From contig OZ241981.1 in assembly GCA_965204345.1 (NCBI GenBank), positions 1,856,001-1,920,000 of the forward strand: a stretch of 64,000 bases of DNA. Reading direction: 5' to 3'. Positions 38,658 to 53,600 of this stretch are shown in pieces (the stretch's first letter is position 1; each line of letters opens with the position of its first letter). Both the position numbers and the translations under genes were made by a program. Under the pieces are notes generated by a model that did no database searches, was not told where the DNA came from, and worked only from the letters and a program-made list of their open reading frames with translations. This DNA comes from Nitrosopumilus sp. (GTDB lineage: Archaea; Thermoproteota; Nitrososphaeria; Nitrososphaerales; Nitrosopumilaceae).

Positions 38658-41600
38658 ATGATCCCGCTGCTAGTGGGAGGGGGAACTCTGATATCATCTG
38701 CACCCCCTGCATTTGCCCAGTCTATATCCATTGACGATGTCACCATTGCCGAGGGTGAATCTCTTTCGCATCCGATAACACTCTCTGGTTTCGGACCCAC
38801 TCCTGATATCTTTCTCTCATCTATTGTGGGTTCAGATTCTTCGATTCCTCTGTCCATATCTCAAGGTGGAATAATCACCGCTGACATATCTTTTGATGTA
38901 GTGGCTCATCCCTCAACTGGCACTGACATAAGAACAAACTTTGACCTCTCTAATGACATTCAGATACGCATAGGTGTAGATGGTAGTGGTGCTTTTAGGA
39001 CTAGTGCTTTTACACTGACTGTCACAGATGTCAACCGTATTCCTGCAGGAACTGCACCTAGTTTTTCATTGAATATTGGTGAGACACACACAGGCAACCT
39101 AGCTAGCAACATTGCAGATCCGGACGGTGATACCCTGTCCTATACCCTGACTAACAATGCATGCCAGTCATCTAGCGTAACTGTAAATCCGACGGGTGCC
39201 TTTACCGTTACTGCAACAAATAACAACGCGGTGACATATCCTGAAGACTGTAGCTTTACCTTTGAAGTGACAGACGGCTCTGCAACAGAGCAGTTTACAT
39301 CCTCATACCGTGTGTTATCTACTGTATCCAACTCCCTGCCACCAATACCTGCCTCCGTACCATCTGCAACAGTCGAATATCCAAACCTAACTGTTCCTCA
39401 AATTTCACTGCGTGATCACTTTGTGGATCCCGAATTTGACACGCTGTCTTTCAATAATTTCTCAAGCTGCGCTGCTGGTGTCACCTTGGATGTTACACTG
39501 GTAAACGCCACTATTATGCAAATTAATCCCGTCGCAAGTGATGTCGGCACTACATGTGTGGTATCCTTTGACATCTCAGACGGCACGACGCAAAGCACGG
39601 GACAGCCATATTCTTTTGAGCTGGTAATCACAGAAAACCCCGCACCCGTACGTACTGCAACACCGCTGGTAATTGATGTTCCAGCAGACCAGCCTCAGAC
39701 ATCTACAATTAACATTAACGATTATTACACAGATGACAAGCCACTATCAATAAATTCTGTCACCTCTGATGACTGTTCATTTAGACAGGTCATCGTGGAT
39801 GTTGGGATAATCGAGTTTACGCTTCTCGCTAATGATCCCGAGGGGGTAACATGCACAGTAGAGATGGATGTCTCTGATGGAAACCGATCGATAACTGCAA
39901 CGCTCACAATAAACCATCTGGAACGTGCAACCGCATCTCTGAATACAGATGCAAGTGATCCGACCAACCTTGAGGCCATACCATATACGGTAACATTTGG
40001 CAGAGATGTCACAGGTTTTGAGCTGGATGATATTATTGTGCGTCATGATGATGTCATCATCAGATCTGGCCTGATAACTTCCATTGCGGGAGAGGGAGAC
40101 GAATACACCTTTACAGTCACACACAGCTTCACAGAAGGACTGCTAGTAGTAATCGTATCTCAAGATGCAGTTGTTGGCGGCAATGATTCTGCTGTATCTC
40201 GTATTACGGTGGACAGGATAAAGCCAACAGTATCCATTGCACCTGTCGATGGTACCACCACAGGTGATGACCCGGTAACGTTTACTGCAACATTTAGCGA
40301 GGACGTTAGAAACTTTGTGCTAGGTGACATTACAGTATCTGGTACCGCAAACGACGGCAGTCCAGTAGCATCCAACCTTCTTGGAACAGGAAGTGTATAC
40401 ACATTTGATGTTGCTCGAGGCTCTACAGACGGAACCGTAATTGCCTCAATTGCAGCAGACGTAGCAGAAGATCTTGCAGGCAACCTCAATGAGGCATCTG
40501 CTCCGGTCACTGCCACCATATACACTGTTCCGGTGCCAACTATCACCTCCGTCAGGGGTCTCATTGATAGCACTGATCCGTCTGAAACATTTAGAGTAAC
40601 ATTTAGCAACCCTGTCACAGACTTTGTTGCCGATGACATTCTCATAACTGGTACCGCAAACGGCGGCAATCCTGAAATATCAAACTTTGCAGGTTCCGGA
40701 GATACGTACACCTTTGATGTCGCAGGTGGGGTCTCAGATGGAAGCGTAATAATATCCATACCTGCAGGCGTTGCAGTACATCACTTATCAGGTGCAGACA
40801 ATGCGGCATCTGCTCAGTTTGACTTTCTCTTTCTCTTTTTTGGCCCAACCACTACCATTAGTACGACTGCCGATCCCCTGACTCCTCTTCATACAGTACC
40901 ATTTATCGTGACATTCAGTCAGGATGTCTTCCCTCTTACCCTAAGTGACATTACAGTAACTGGTACCGCAAACGGCGGCAACCCGGTTGCATCAAACCTT
41001 CAGATACTTAATTCCCGTACAACTAGCGATGGTGAAACTGTTGCCCCGAGATTTAGCTTTGATGTTGTCCGCGGATCCTCAGACGGAACCGTAACTGTAT
41101 CCATACCTGCAGCCGCGGCAACAAGTAGTAATTTTGATTCCAATATTGCATCCAACGAGATCACCGTCACAATAGACACCACCATACTGCCACCGGTTCC
41201 TGCAGTAGCGCCAGTCATAAACCTAGAGCACCCTGTGCTAGACCCACACCAAGAGTTCTCACTTGATGACCACTTTACAGATCCTCAAGGTGATACGCTA
41301 TCGTACACCAATATATCAGATGACTGTACTGGAACCCTGACGCAGCAGTCACCAGCTGGCTCTGATACGTTCAGGTTTGTATCCTCTGCTGCTGAGACAT
41401 GTACGCTCTCCTTTGACATCTCTGATGGTACTGGTGCCAGCACAGGCGGTGCATACACTGTAAACATATCTGTGGTATTGGATGCCGCACCAGTACGTAC
41501 TGCAACACCCCTGACAGTTGATGTCCTATCAAGCCAGCCCAGAAAGGTTACACTTGACATTAACAATTATTACACAGATACCCAGACACTGACACTAGTC

Positions 41601-44600
41601 TCTGCCCCCACATCTAGTGACTGTACGGACTTTGTCTCTACCATCCTGTCAAACGGACAGTTTGACTTTGAGCCTATCAATGCTTTTGCCAGTGCATCAA
41701 CATGTACAGTACAGGCAACTTTCTCTGATGGAAACAGGCATACAACTGCAGAGCTTACAATAAACTATCTGGATGCTGCAACCGTATCCCTAGATACAGA
41801 TGTAACTGATCCTACCAACTCTGAGGCCATACAATTTACGGCAACATTTGGCAGTGACGTCACAGGATTTATCGCAGATGACATTGTAGTGACAATTGAT
41901 GGAAACCCCGCCACACCTGGCAGCCTGATATCTGCATTTAGTGGAAGCGGTGCTGACTATGCCTTTACAGTAACACACGGCATCACCGCAGAAGGACAGC
42001 TAACAGTTACCATACCTGCCAATGCGGTAGCAGAGGGTAACACAGCAAGTACTGTCACTACATTCACAGTGGACAGAATAGTCCCAACTGTAACCATCAC
42101 ACCTGCCGATGGCACTACCACCAGCGATGACCCAGTAACGTTTACGGCAACATTTAGCGAGGACGTTGTGAACTTTGAGATAGGTGACATTACAGTAACT
42201 GGCACTGCCAATGCCACCAATCCTGTAGCATCCAACCTTCTTGGAACAGGCAGTGTCTACACCTTTGATGTTGCTCGCGGCACCACAGACGGAACCGTAA
42301 CTGCATCAATAGATGCAGGTGTACTAGCAGACCTTGCAGGCAATCTTAACACTGCATCTAATTCAGTTACAGTTACCATAACTACCAACACACTGCCACC
42401 GGTTCCTGCTGTAACACCTGGCATAACCCTACAGCACCCAGTACTGGCCGCACACCAAGAGTTCTCACTTGATGACCACTTTACAGATCCCGAAGGTGAT
42501 ACGCTATCATACACCAATCCATCAGATGACTGTACTGGAACCCTGACGCAGCAGCCACCAGCTGGCTCTGATACGTTCAGGTTTGTATCCTCTGATGCTG
42601 AGACATGTACGCTCTCCTTTGACATCTCTGATGGCACTATTGCCAGCACTGGCAGTGCCTACACTGTAAACATATCTGTGGTATTGGATGCCGCACCAGT
42701 ACGTACTGCAACACCGCTGACAGTTGATGTACCTGTAGACCAGCCCCGAAAGGTTACACTTGACATTAACAATTATTACACCGATGACGGCACACTGACA
42801 CTAGTCTCTGCCCCCACATCTAGTGACTGTACGGACTTTGTCTCTACCATCCTGTCAAACGGACAGTTTGACTTTGAACCTATCAATGCTTTTGCTAGTG
42901 CATCAACATGTACAGTACAGGCAACCTTCTCTGATGGAAACAGGCACACAGATACAGAGATTACAATAAACTATCTTAGCCTTCCAACCGTAACTGTTGC
43001 AGAGGGTGAATCTCTTTCACATCAGGTATCATTACCTGCTAACTTTTTCCCCGCTGATGTCGGTCTCATAAGCACCGGTCATCGTTATCTAAGCATAAAT
43101 TTGGATGGACTAGTCACAGGCAACATACCTTTTGATGTAGTGACTCATCCCCCAACTGGCACCAGCATAAGGGATGACTTTGACCTCTCTACTGAAATCC
43201 AGGTAGAATATCAACTAGATGATGGTGCTGATATCATTACTGGGTCATTTACACTGACTGTCACAGATGTCAACCGTGTTCCTGCTGGAACTGTACCACC
43301 TAGTTTTTCATTTAATATTGATGAGACACACACAGGCAACCTAGCTACCAACATTGCAGATCCGGACGGTGATACCCTGTCCTATACCCTAGATAACAAT
43401 GCATGCCAGTCATCTAGCGTGACTGTAAATCCGACGGGTGCCTTTACCGTTACTGCAACGCCAAACAACGCGGTGACATATCCTGAAGACTGTAGCTTTA
43501 CCTTTGATGTGACAGACGGCTCTGCAACAGAACAGTTTACATCCTCATACCGTGTGTTATCTACCGTAACTAACCTACTGCCACCAATACCTGCCTCCGT
43601 ACCATCTGCAACAGTCGAATATCCAAGCATAACAGATCCGCAAATTTCACTGCGTGACCACTTTGAGGATCCCGAATTTGACACGCTGTCTTTCAATAAT
43701 TTCTCAAGCTGCGCTGCTGGTGTCACCTTGGATGTTACACTGCTAGACAATCATAACATGCAAATTGCTCCCTTCGCACGTGATGTCGGCACTACATGTG
43801 TGGTATCCTTTGACATCTCAGACGGCACGACGCAAAGCACGGGGCAGCCATACTCTTTTGAGCTGGTAGTCACAGAAAATCCCGCACCCGTACGAACTGC
43901 AACGCCTCTGGTAATTGACGTCCTATCAGACCAGTCTAGGACAGTTACAATTGACATTAACGACTATTACACAGATGACAAGTCACTGTCAATATTTAGT
44001 ACTATAACCTCTGATGACTGTACATTTAGATCTACCTCACCAGACAGTGGCGTGTTTACATTTGAGGCCATAGAAGACTCTACTGGCGGGCTAACATGCA
44101 CAGTACAGACAACCTTCTCTGATGGAAACTACCTTACACCTGTAGCGTTTACAATAAACTATCTGGATCGTACATCCGTATCTCTGACTACGGATGTAGG
44201 CGATCTCACCAACCTTGAGGCCATACCATATACGGTAACATTTGGCAGAGCTGTCACAGGATTTGATCAGGATGATATTATAGTGCGTATTGATGAAACC
44301 ACCACCACACCTGGCCTGATAACTTCCTTTGCGGGAGAGGGAGCCCAATACACCTTTACAGTCACACACGGCCTCACAGAAAGCCTGCTAGTAGTAGTCA
44401 TACCTGCTGATGCAGCTGATGGTGGCAGTGCTAGTGATATATCTCGTATTACGGTGGACAGGGCAAACCCCACAGTATCCATTACGCCTGCCGATGGCAC
44501 CATCACTAGTGATGACCCAGTAACATTTACTGCAACATTTAGCGAGGATGTCCAGAACTTTATCCTATCTGACATTACAGTAACAGGCACCGCAAACGGC

Positions 44601-47600
44601 ACCAATCCGGCAGCAGCCAACTTTGTAACAGTTGATGCCCGCACATACACCTTTGATGTTGCTCGCGGAACCTCAGACGGAACCGTAACTGCATCCATAG
44701 CAGCAGATGTAGCAACAGACCTTGCAGGCAACCTCAACGCCGCATCTGCCCCGGTTACCGTCACCATAGACACCACTGTCCCATCAGTATCCCTGGACAC
44801 AACTGCTGCTGATACTACCAACTCTGAGGCCATCGAATTTACTGCAACATTTGACAGGGATGTCACACAATTCGTCCAAGAGGACATTGTCGTGGCAATT
44901 AACGGAACCGACACATCTGGCCTGATATCTGCATTTAGTGGAAGCGGTGCTGACTATGCCTTTACAGTAACACACGGCATCGCCACACAAGGTGAACTAG
45001 CAGTAACAATACCTGACGGTGTGGTAGCAGAGGGCAACACGGCAAGTACTCATACACTTACCGTGGACAGAATAAGACCATCAGTATCCATTACACCTGC
45101 CGATGGTACCACCACCAGTGATAACTCAGTAACATTTACTGCAACATTTAGCGAGGACGTCGAAGACTTTGAACTAACTGACATTACAGTAACGGGCACT
45201 GCAAACGGTGGTGTTCCGGCAGCAGCCAACTTTGTAACAGTTGATGCCAGCACATACACCTTTGATGTGGCTCGAGGCTCTACAGACGGAACCGTAATTC
45301 CATCCATTGCAGCAGACATAGCAACAGACCTTGCAGGCAACCTCAACACTGCATCTAATTCAGTTACAGTTACCATAACTACCAACACACTGCCACCAGT
45401 TCCTGCTGTAACACCGGGCATAACCCTACAGCATCCTGTATTGGCTGCACACCAAGAGTTCTCACTTGATGCCCACTTTACAGATCCCGAAGGTGATACG
45501 CTATCATACACCAACATATCAGATGACTGTACTGGAACCCTGACGCAGCAGCCACCAGCTGGCTCTGATACGTTCAGGTTTGTATCCTCAACTGCTGAGA
45601 CATGTACGCTCTCCTTTGACATCTCTGATGGCACTGATGCCAGCACTGGTGCTGCCTACACTGTAAACATATCTGTGGTATTGGATGCCGCACCAGTACG
45701 TACTGCAACACCGCTGACAGTTGATGTCCTATCAAGCCAGCCCAGAAAGGTTACACTTGACATTAACAATTATTACACAGATGACGGCACACTGACACTA
45801 GTCTCTGCCCCCACATCTAGTGACTGTACGGACTTTACCTCTACCATCCTGTCAAACGGACAGTTTGACTTTGAGCCTATCAATGCTTTTGCTGGTGCAT
45901 CAACATGTACAGTACAGGCAACCTTCTCTGATGGAAACAGGCATACGACTGCAGAGCTTACAATAAACTATCTGGATGCTGCAACCGTATCCCTAGATAC
46001 AGATGTAACTGATCCTACCAACTCTGAGGCCATACAATTTACGGCAACATTTGGCAGTGACGTCACAGGATTTATCGCAGATGACATTGTAGTGACAATT
46101 GACGGAAACCCCGCCACACCTGGCAGCCTGATATCTGCCTTTAATGGAAGCGGTGCTGACTATACCTTTACAGTAACACACGGCATCACCGCAGAAGGAC
46201 AGCTAACAGTAACCATACCTGCCAATGCGGTCGTAGAGGGTAACACAGCAAGTGCTACGACTACACTCACAGTAGACAGAATAGTCCCAACTGTAACTAT
46301 CACACCTGCCGATGGTACTACCACTGGCGATGACCCAGTAACGTTTACGGCAACATTTAGCGAGGACGTCGAGGACTTTGAACTAACTGACATTACAGTA
46401 ACTGGTACCGCAAACGGCGGCAGTCCTGAGGCATCCAACCTTCTTGGAACAGGAAGTGTCTACACCTTTGATGTTGCTCGAGGCTCCACAGACGGAACCG
46501 TAATTCCATCCATTGCAGCAGACGTAGCAACAGATCTTGCAGGCAACTCCAACACCGCATCTGCCCCAGTTACTGTCACAATAGACACCGTTCCCCTAAC
46601 AGTCTCTGTGACTACAACTGTAGGAGAGAACACCAACTCTGATACGGTAACATTTACGGCAACATTTAGCAAGGACGTTGAGGACTTTATCCTTACTGAC
46701 ATTACAGTAACTGGTACCGCAAACGGCGGCAGTCCCGCAGCATCCAACCTTCTTGGAACAGGAAGTGTCTACACCTTTGATGTTGCTCGAGGCTCCACAG
46801 ACGGAACCGTAATTCCATCCATTGCAGCAGACGTAGCAACAGACCTTGCAGGCAACCCCAACACCGCATCTGCCCCAGTTACTGTCATAATAGACACTCT
46901 TGCCCCAACTGTCTCTGTCAGTTCATCTACAGGCAGTAGCACCGGACTTGATACGGTACCATTTAGAGTAACATTTGACGAAGACGTTGAGAACTTTGTC
47001 CTAGATGACATTACAGTAGCTGGTACCGCAAACGGCGGCACCCTCACAGCATCCGGCTTTGCAACAGTTGATGCCCGCACATACACCTTTAACGTTGCAG
47101 GCATATCTTCTGACGGAACAGTAATTGCATCCATTGCAGCAGATGTGGCAACAGACCTTGCAGGCAACCCCAACACCGCATCTGCTCCAGTTACCGTCAC
47201 CGTAGACACCACTGTCCCATCAGTATTCTTGGACACAACTGCTACTGATCCTACCAACTCTGATACCGTCAACTTTACTGCAACATTTGACGAGGATGTC
47301 ACAGGATTTGTGCAATCTGACATCGTTGTAGCAATTGACGGAACCCCAGCAGCTAATAGCCTGATAACTGCCTTTAGTGGGAGCGGTGCTGACTATACCT
47401 TTACAGTAACACACGGCATCGCCGCAGAAGGACAGCTGACAGTAACCATACCTGACGATGCGGTAGTAGAGGGCAACACAGCAAATACTCGTACACTTAC
47501 AGTGGACAGAATAGATCCAACTGTAACCATCACACCTGTCGATGGTACTATCACTGGCGATGACCCCGTAACCTTTACGGCAACCTTTAGTGAGGATGTT

Positions 47601-50600
47601 GAGAACTTTGTCCTAGCTGACATTACAGTAACTGGTACTGTCAACGGCGGCAGTCCAGTAGCATCCAACCTTCTTGGAGACGGCAGTGTCTACACCTTTG
47701 ATGTTGCTCGCGGCTCGACAGACGGAACCGTAACCGTATCAATTGCAGGAGATGTGGCAAGAGATCTTGCAGACAATCCCAACACTGCATCTAATTCAGT
47801 TACCATAACTATTACAACACTGCCTCCGGTTCCTGCGGTATCGCCTGGCATAACCCTGCAGCATCCTGTATTAGACCCACACCAAGAGTTCTCACTTGAT
47901 GACCACTTTACAGATCCTAATGGTGATACGCTATCATACACCAACATATCAGATGACTGTACTGGAACCCTGACGCAGCAGCCACCAGCTGGCTCTGATA
48001 CGTTCAGGTTTGTATCCTCAGATGCTGAGACATGTACGCTCTCCTTTGACATCTCTGATGGCACATATACCAGCACAGGCGGTGCATACACTGTAAACAT
48101 ATCTGTGGTATTGGATGCCGCACCAGTACGTACTGCAACACCGCTGACAGTTGATGTCCTATCAAGCCAGCCCAGAAAGGTTACACTTGACATTAACAAT
48201 TATTACACAGATACCCAGACACTGACACTAGTCTCTGCCCCCACATCTAGTGATTGTACGGACTTTACCTCTACCATCCTGTCAAACGGACAGTTTGACT
48301 TTGAGCCTATCAATGCTTTTGCCAGTGCATCAACATGTACAGTACAAGCAACTTTCTCTGATGGAAACAGGCATACAACAGCAGATCTTACAATAAACTA
48401 TCTGGATGCTGCAACCGTATCCCTAGATACGGATGTAACTGATCCTACCAACTCTGAGGCCATACCATTTACGGCAACATTTGGCAGTGACGTCACAGGA
48501 TTTATCGCAGATGACATTGTAGTGACAATTGATGGAAACTCCGCCACACCTGGCAGCCTGATAACTGCCTTTAGTGGAAGCGGTGCTGACTATGCCTTTA
48601 CAGTCACACACGGCATCGCCGCAGAAGGACAGCTAGCAGTAACCATACCTGCCAATGCGGTAGTAGAGGGTAACACAGCAAGTGCTACGACTACACTCAC
48701 AGTGGACAGAATAGATCCAACTGTAACTATCACACCTGCCGATGGTACTACCACTGGCGATGACCCAGTAACGTTTACGGCAACATTTAGCGAGGACGTT
48801 GAGAACTTTGAGCTAGCTGACATTACAGTAACTGGCACTGCCAATGGCGGCAGTCCAGTAGCATCCAACTTTGTAACCCTTGATGCCCGCACATACACCT
48901 TTGATGTTGCTCGCGGCACCACAGACGGAACCGTAATTGCGTCCATTGCAGCAGACGTAGCAACAGACCTTGCAGGCAACTCCAACACCGCATCTAATTC
49001 AGTTACCGTCACCGTAGACACCACTGTCTCATCAGTATCCCTGGACACAACTGCTGCTGATCCTACCAACTCTGAGGCCATCGAATTTACTGCAACATTT
49101 GACAGGGATGTCACACAATTCACCCTAGAGGACATTGTCGTGGCAATTAACGGAACTGACACATCTGGCCTGATATCTGCATTTAGTGGAAGCGGTGCTG
49201 ACTATGCCTTTACAGTAACACACGGCATCACCACACAAGGTGAACTAACAGTAACAATACCTGCCAATGCGGTCGTAGAGGGCAACACGGCAAGTACTCA
49301 TACACTTACCGTGGACAGAATAAGACCATCAGTATCCATTACACCTGCCGATGGTACCACCACCAGCGATAACTCAGTAACATTTACTGCAACCTTTAGT
49401 GAGGACGTCGAGGACTTTGAACTAGCTGACATTAGAGTAACTGGTACTGCCAATGGCACCAATCCAGTAGCATCCAACCTTCTTGGAACAGGAAATGTCT
49501 ACACCTTTGATGTTGCTCGAGGCACCACAGACGGAACCATAATTCCATCCATTGCAGCAGACGTAGCAACAGACCTTGCAGGTAACCTCAACACTGCATC
49601 TAATTTAGTTACAGTTACCATAACTACCAACACACTGCCACCAGTTCCTGCTGTAACACCGGGCATAACCCTACAGCATCCTGTACTGGCCGCACACCAA
49701 GAGTTTTCACTTGATGCCCACTTTACAGACCCCGAAGGTGATACGCTATCATACACCAACATATCAGATGACTGTACTGGAACCCTGACGCAGCAGCCAC
49801 CAGCTGGCTCTGATACGTTCAGGTTTGCATCCTCTGCTGCTGAGACATGTACGCTCTCCTTTGACATCTCTGATGGCACTGATGCCAGCACTGGTGCTGC
49901 CTACACTGTAAACATATCTGTGGTATTGGATGCCGCACCAGTACGTACTGCAACACCGCTGACAGTTGATGTCCTATCAAGCCAGCCCAGAAAGGTTACA
50001 CTTGACATTAACAATTATTACACAGATACCCAGACACTGACACTAGTCTCTGCTCCCACATCTAGTGACTGTACGGACTTTACCTCTACCATCCTGTCAA
50101 ACGGACAGTTTGACTTTGAGCCTATCAATGCTTTTGCCAGTGCATCAACATGTACAGTACAGGCAACCTTCTCTGATGGAAACAGGCATACAACAGCAGA
50201 TCTTACAATAAACTATCTGGATGCTGCAACCGTATCCCTAGATACGGATGTAACTGATCCTACCAACTCTGAGGCCATACCATTTACGGCAACATTTGGC
50301 AGTGACGTCACAGGATTTATCGCAGATGACATTGTAGTGACAATTGATGGAAACTCCGCCACACCTGGCAGCCTGATATCTACCTTTAGTGGAAGCGGTG
50401 CTGACTATGCCTTTACAGTCACACACGGCATCACCGCAGAAGGACAGCTAACAGTAACCATACCTACCAATGCGGTAGTAGAGGGTAACACAGCAAGTGC
50501 TACGACTACACTCACAGTAGACAGAATAGTCCCAACTGTAACTATCACACCTGCCGATGGTACTACCACTGGCGATGACCCAGTAACGTTTACGGCAACA

Positions 50601-53600
50601 TTTAGCGAGGACGTTGAGAACTTTGTTCTGGCTGACATTACAGTAGCAGGCACCGCAAACGGCGGCACTCCAACAGCATCCAACTTTGTAACCCTTGATG
50701 CCCGCACATACACCTTTGATGTTGCTCGCGGCACCACAGACGGAACCGTAATTGCGTCCATTGCAGCAGACGTAGCAACAGACCTTGCAGGCAACTCCAA
50801 CACCGCATCTAATTCAGTTACCGTCACCGTAGACACCACTGTCTCATCAGTATCCCTGGACACAACTGCTGCTGATCCTACCAACTCTGAGGCCATCGAA
50901 TTTACTGCAACATTTGACAGGGATGTCACACAATTCACCCTAGAGGACATTGTCGTGGCAATTAACGGAACTGACACATCTGGCCTGATATCTGCATTTA
51001 GTGGAAGCGGTGCTGACTATGCCTTTACAGTAACACACGGCATCACCACACAAGGTGAACTAACAGTAACAATACCTGCCAATGCGGTCGTAGAGGGCAA
51101 CACGGCAAGTACTCATACACTTACCGTGGACAGAATAAGACCATCAGTATCCATTACACCTGCCGATGGTACCACCACCAGCGATAACTCAGTAACATTT
51201 ACTGCAACCTTTAGTGAGGACGTCGAGGACTTTGAACTAGCTGACATTAGAGTAACTGGTACTGCCAATGGCACCAATCCAGTAGCATCCAACCTTCTTG
51301 GAACAGGAAATGTCTACACCTTTGATGTTGCTCGAGGCACCACAGACGGAACCATAATTCCATCCATTGCAGCAGACGTAGCAACAGACCTTGCAGGTAA
51401 CCTCAACACTGCATCTAATTTAGTTACAGTTACCATAACTACCAACACACTGCCACCAGTTCCTGCTGTAACACCGGGCATAACCCTACAGCATCCTGTA
51501 CTGGCCGCACACCAAGAGTTTTCACTTGATGCCCACTTTACAGACCCCGAAGGTGATACGCTATCATACACCAACATATCAGATGACTGTACTGGAACCC
51601 TGACGCAGCAGCCACCAGCTGGCTCTGATACGTTCAGGTTTGCATCCTCTGCTGCTGAGACATGTACGCTCTCCTTTGACATCTCTGATGGCACTGATGC
51701 CAGCACTGGTGCTGCCTACACTGTAAACATATCTGTGGTATTGGATGCCGCACCAGTACGTACTGCAACACCCCTGACAGTTGATGTCCTATCAAGCCAG
51801 CCCAGAAAGGTTACACTTGACATTAACAATTATTACACAGATACCCAGACACTGACACTAGTCTCTGCCCCCACATCTAGTGATTGTACGGACTTTACCT
51901 CTACCATCCTGTCAAACGGACAGTTTGACTTTGAGCCTATCAATGCTTTTGCCAGTGCATCAACATGTACAGTACAAGCAACTTTCTCTGATGGAAACAG
52001 GCATACAACAGCAGATCTTACAATAAACTATCTGGATGCTGCAACCGTATCCCTGAGTACTGATGTAACTGATCCTACCAACTCTGAGGCCATACCATTT
52101 ACGGCAACATTTGGCAGTGACGTCACAGGATTTATCGCAGATGACATTGTAGTGACAATTGATGGAAACTCCGCCACACCTGGCAGCCTGATAACTGCCT
52201 TTAGTGGAAGCGGTGCTGACTATGCCTTTACAGTCACACACGGCATCGCCGCAGAAGGACAGCTAGCAGTAACCATACCTGCCAATGCGGTAGTAGAGGG
52301 TAACACAGCAAGTGCTACGACTACACTCACAGTGGACAGAATAGATCCAACTGTAACTATCACACCTGCCGATGGTACTACCACTGGCGATGACCCAGTA
52401 ACGTTTACGGCAACATTTAGCGAGGACGTTGAGAACTTTGAGCTAGCTGACATTACAGTAACTGGCACTGCCAATGGCGGCAGTCCTGAGGCAACCAACC
52501 TTAATGGTGAAGGAAGTGTCTACACCTTTGATGTTGCTCGCGGCTCCACAGACGGAACCGTAACTCCATCCATTGCAGCAAATGTGGCAACAGACCTTGC
52601 AGGCAACTCCAACACCGCATCTGCCCCAGTTACTGTCACCGTAGACACCACTGTTCCATCAGTATCCCTGGACACAACTGCTGCTGATCCTACCAACTCT
52701 GAGGCCATCGAATTTACTGCAACATTTAACGAGGATGTCACAGGATTTATCGCAGATGACATTGTCGTGGCAATTAACGGAACTGACACATCTGGCCTGA
52801 TATCTGCATTTAGTGGAAGCGGTGCTGACTATGCCTTTACAGTAACACACGACATCACCACACAAGGCGAACTAACAGTAACAATACCTGACGGTGCTGT
52901 AGCAGAGGGCAACACGGCAAGTATTCATACACTCACAGTGGACAGAATAGATCCATCTGTAACTATTACACCAGCCGATGGTACCACCACCAGCGATAAC
53001 TCAGTAACATTTACTGCAACCTTTAGTGAGGACGTCGAGGACTTTGAACTAGCTGACATTACAGTAACTGGTACCGCAAACGGCGGCAATCCAGTGGCAG
53101 ACAACTTTGTAACAGTTGATGACCGCACATACACCTTTGATGTTGCTCGCGGTTCCTCAGACGGAACCGTATCTCCATCCATAGGAGCAAATGTGGCAAC
53201 AGACCTTGCAGGCAACTCCAACACCGCATCTGCCCCAGTTACCGTCACAATAGACACCATTGTCCCAACCGTATCCATTACACCTGCCGATGGCACCATC
53301 ACTGGTGATGACCCCGTAACCTTTACGGCAACCTTTAGCGAGGATGTCCAGAACTTTGTCCTAGCTGATATTACAATAACTGGTACTGCCAACGACGGCA
53401 ATCCAGCAGCAGCCAACTTTGTAACAGTTGATGACCGCACATACACCTTTGATGTTGCTCGCGGTTCCTCAGACGGAACCGTAACTTCATCCATAGCAGC
53501 AGACGTAGCAACAGACCTTGCAGGCAATTCCAACACCGCATCTGCCCCAGTTACCGTCACAATAGATACTACTGCCCTAACCGTATCCATTACACCTGCC

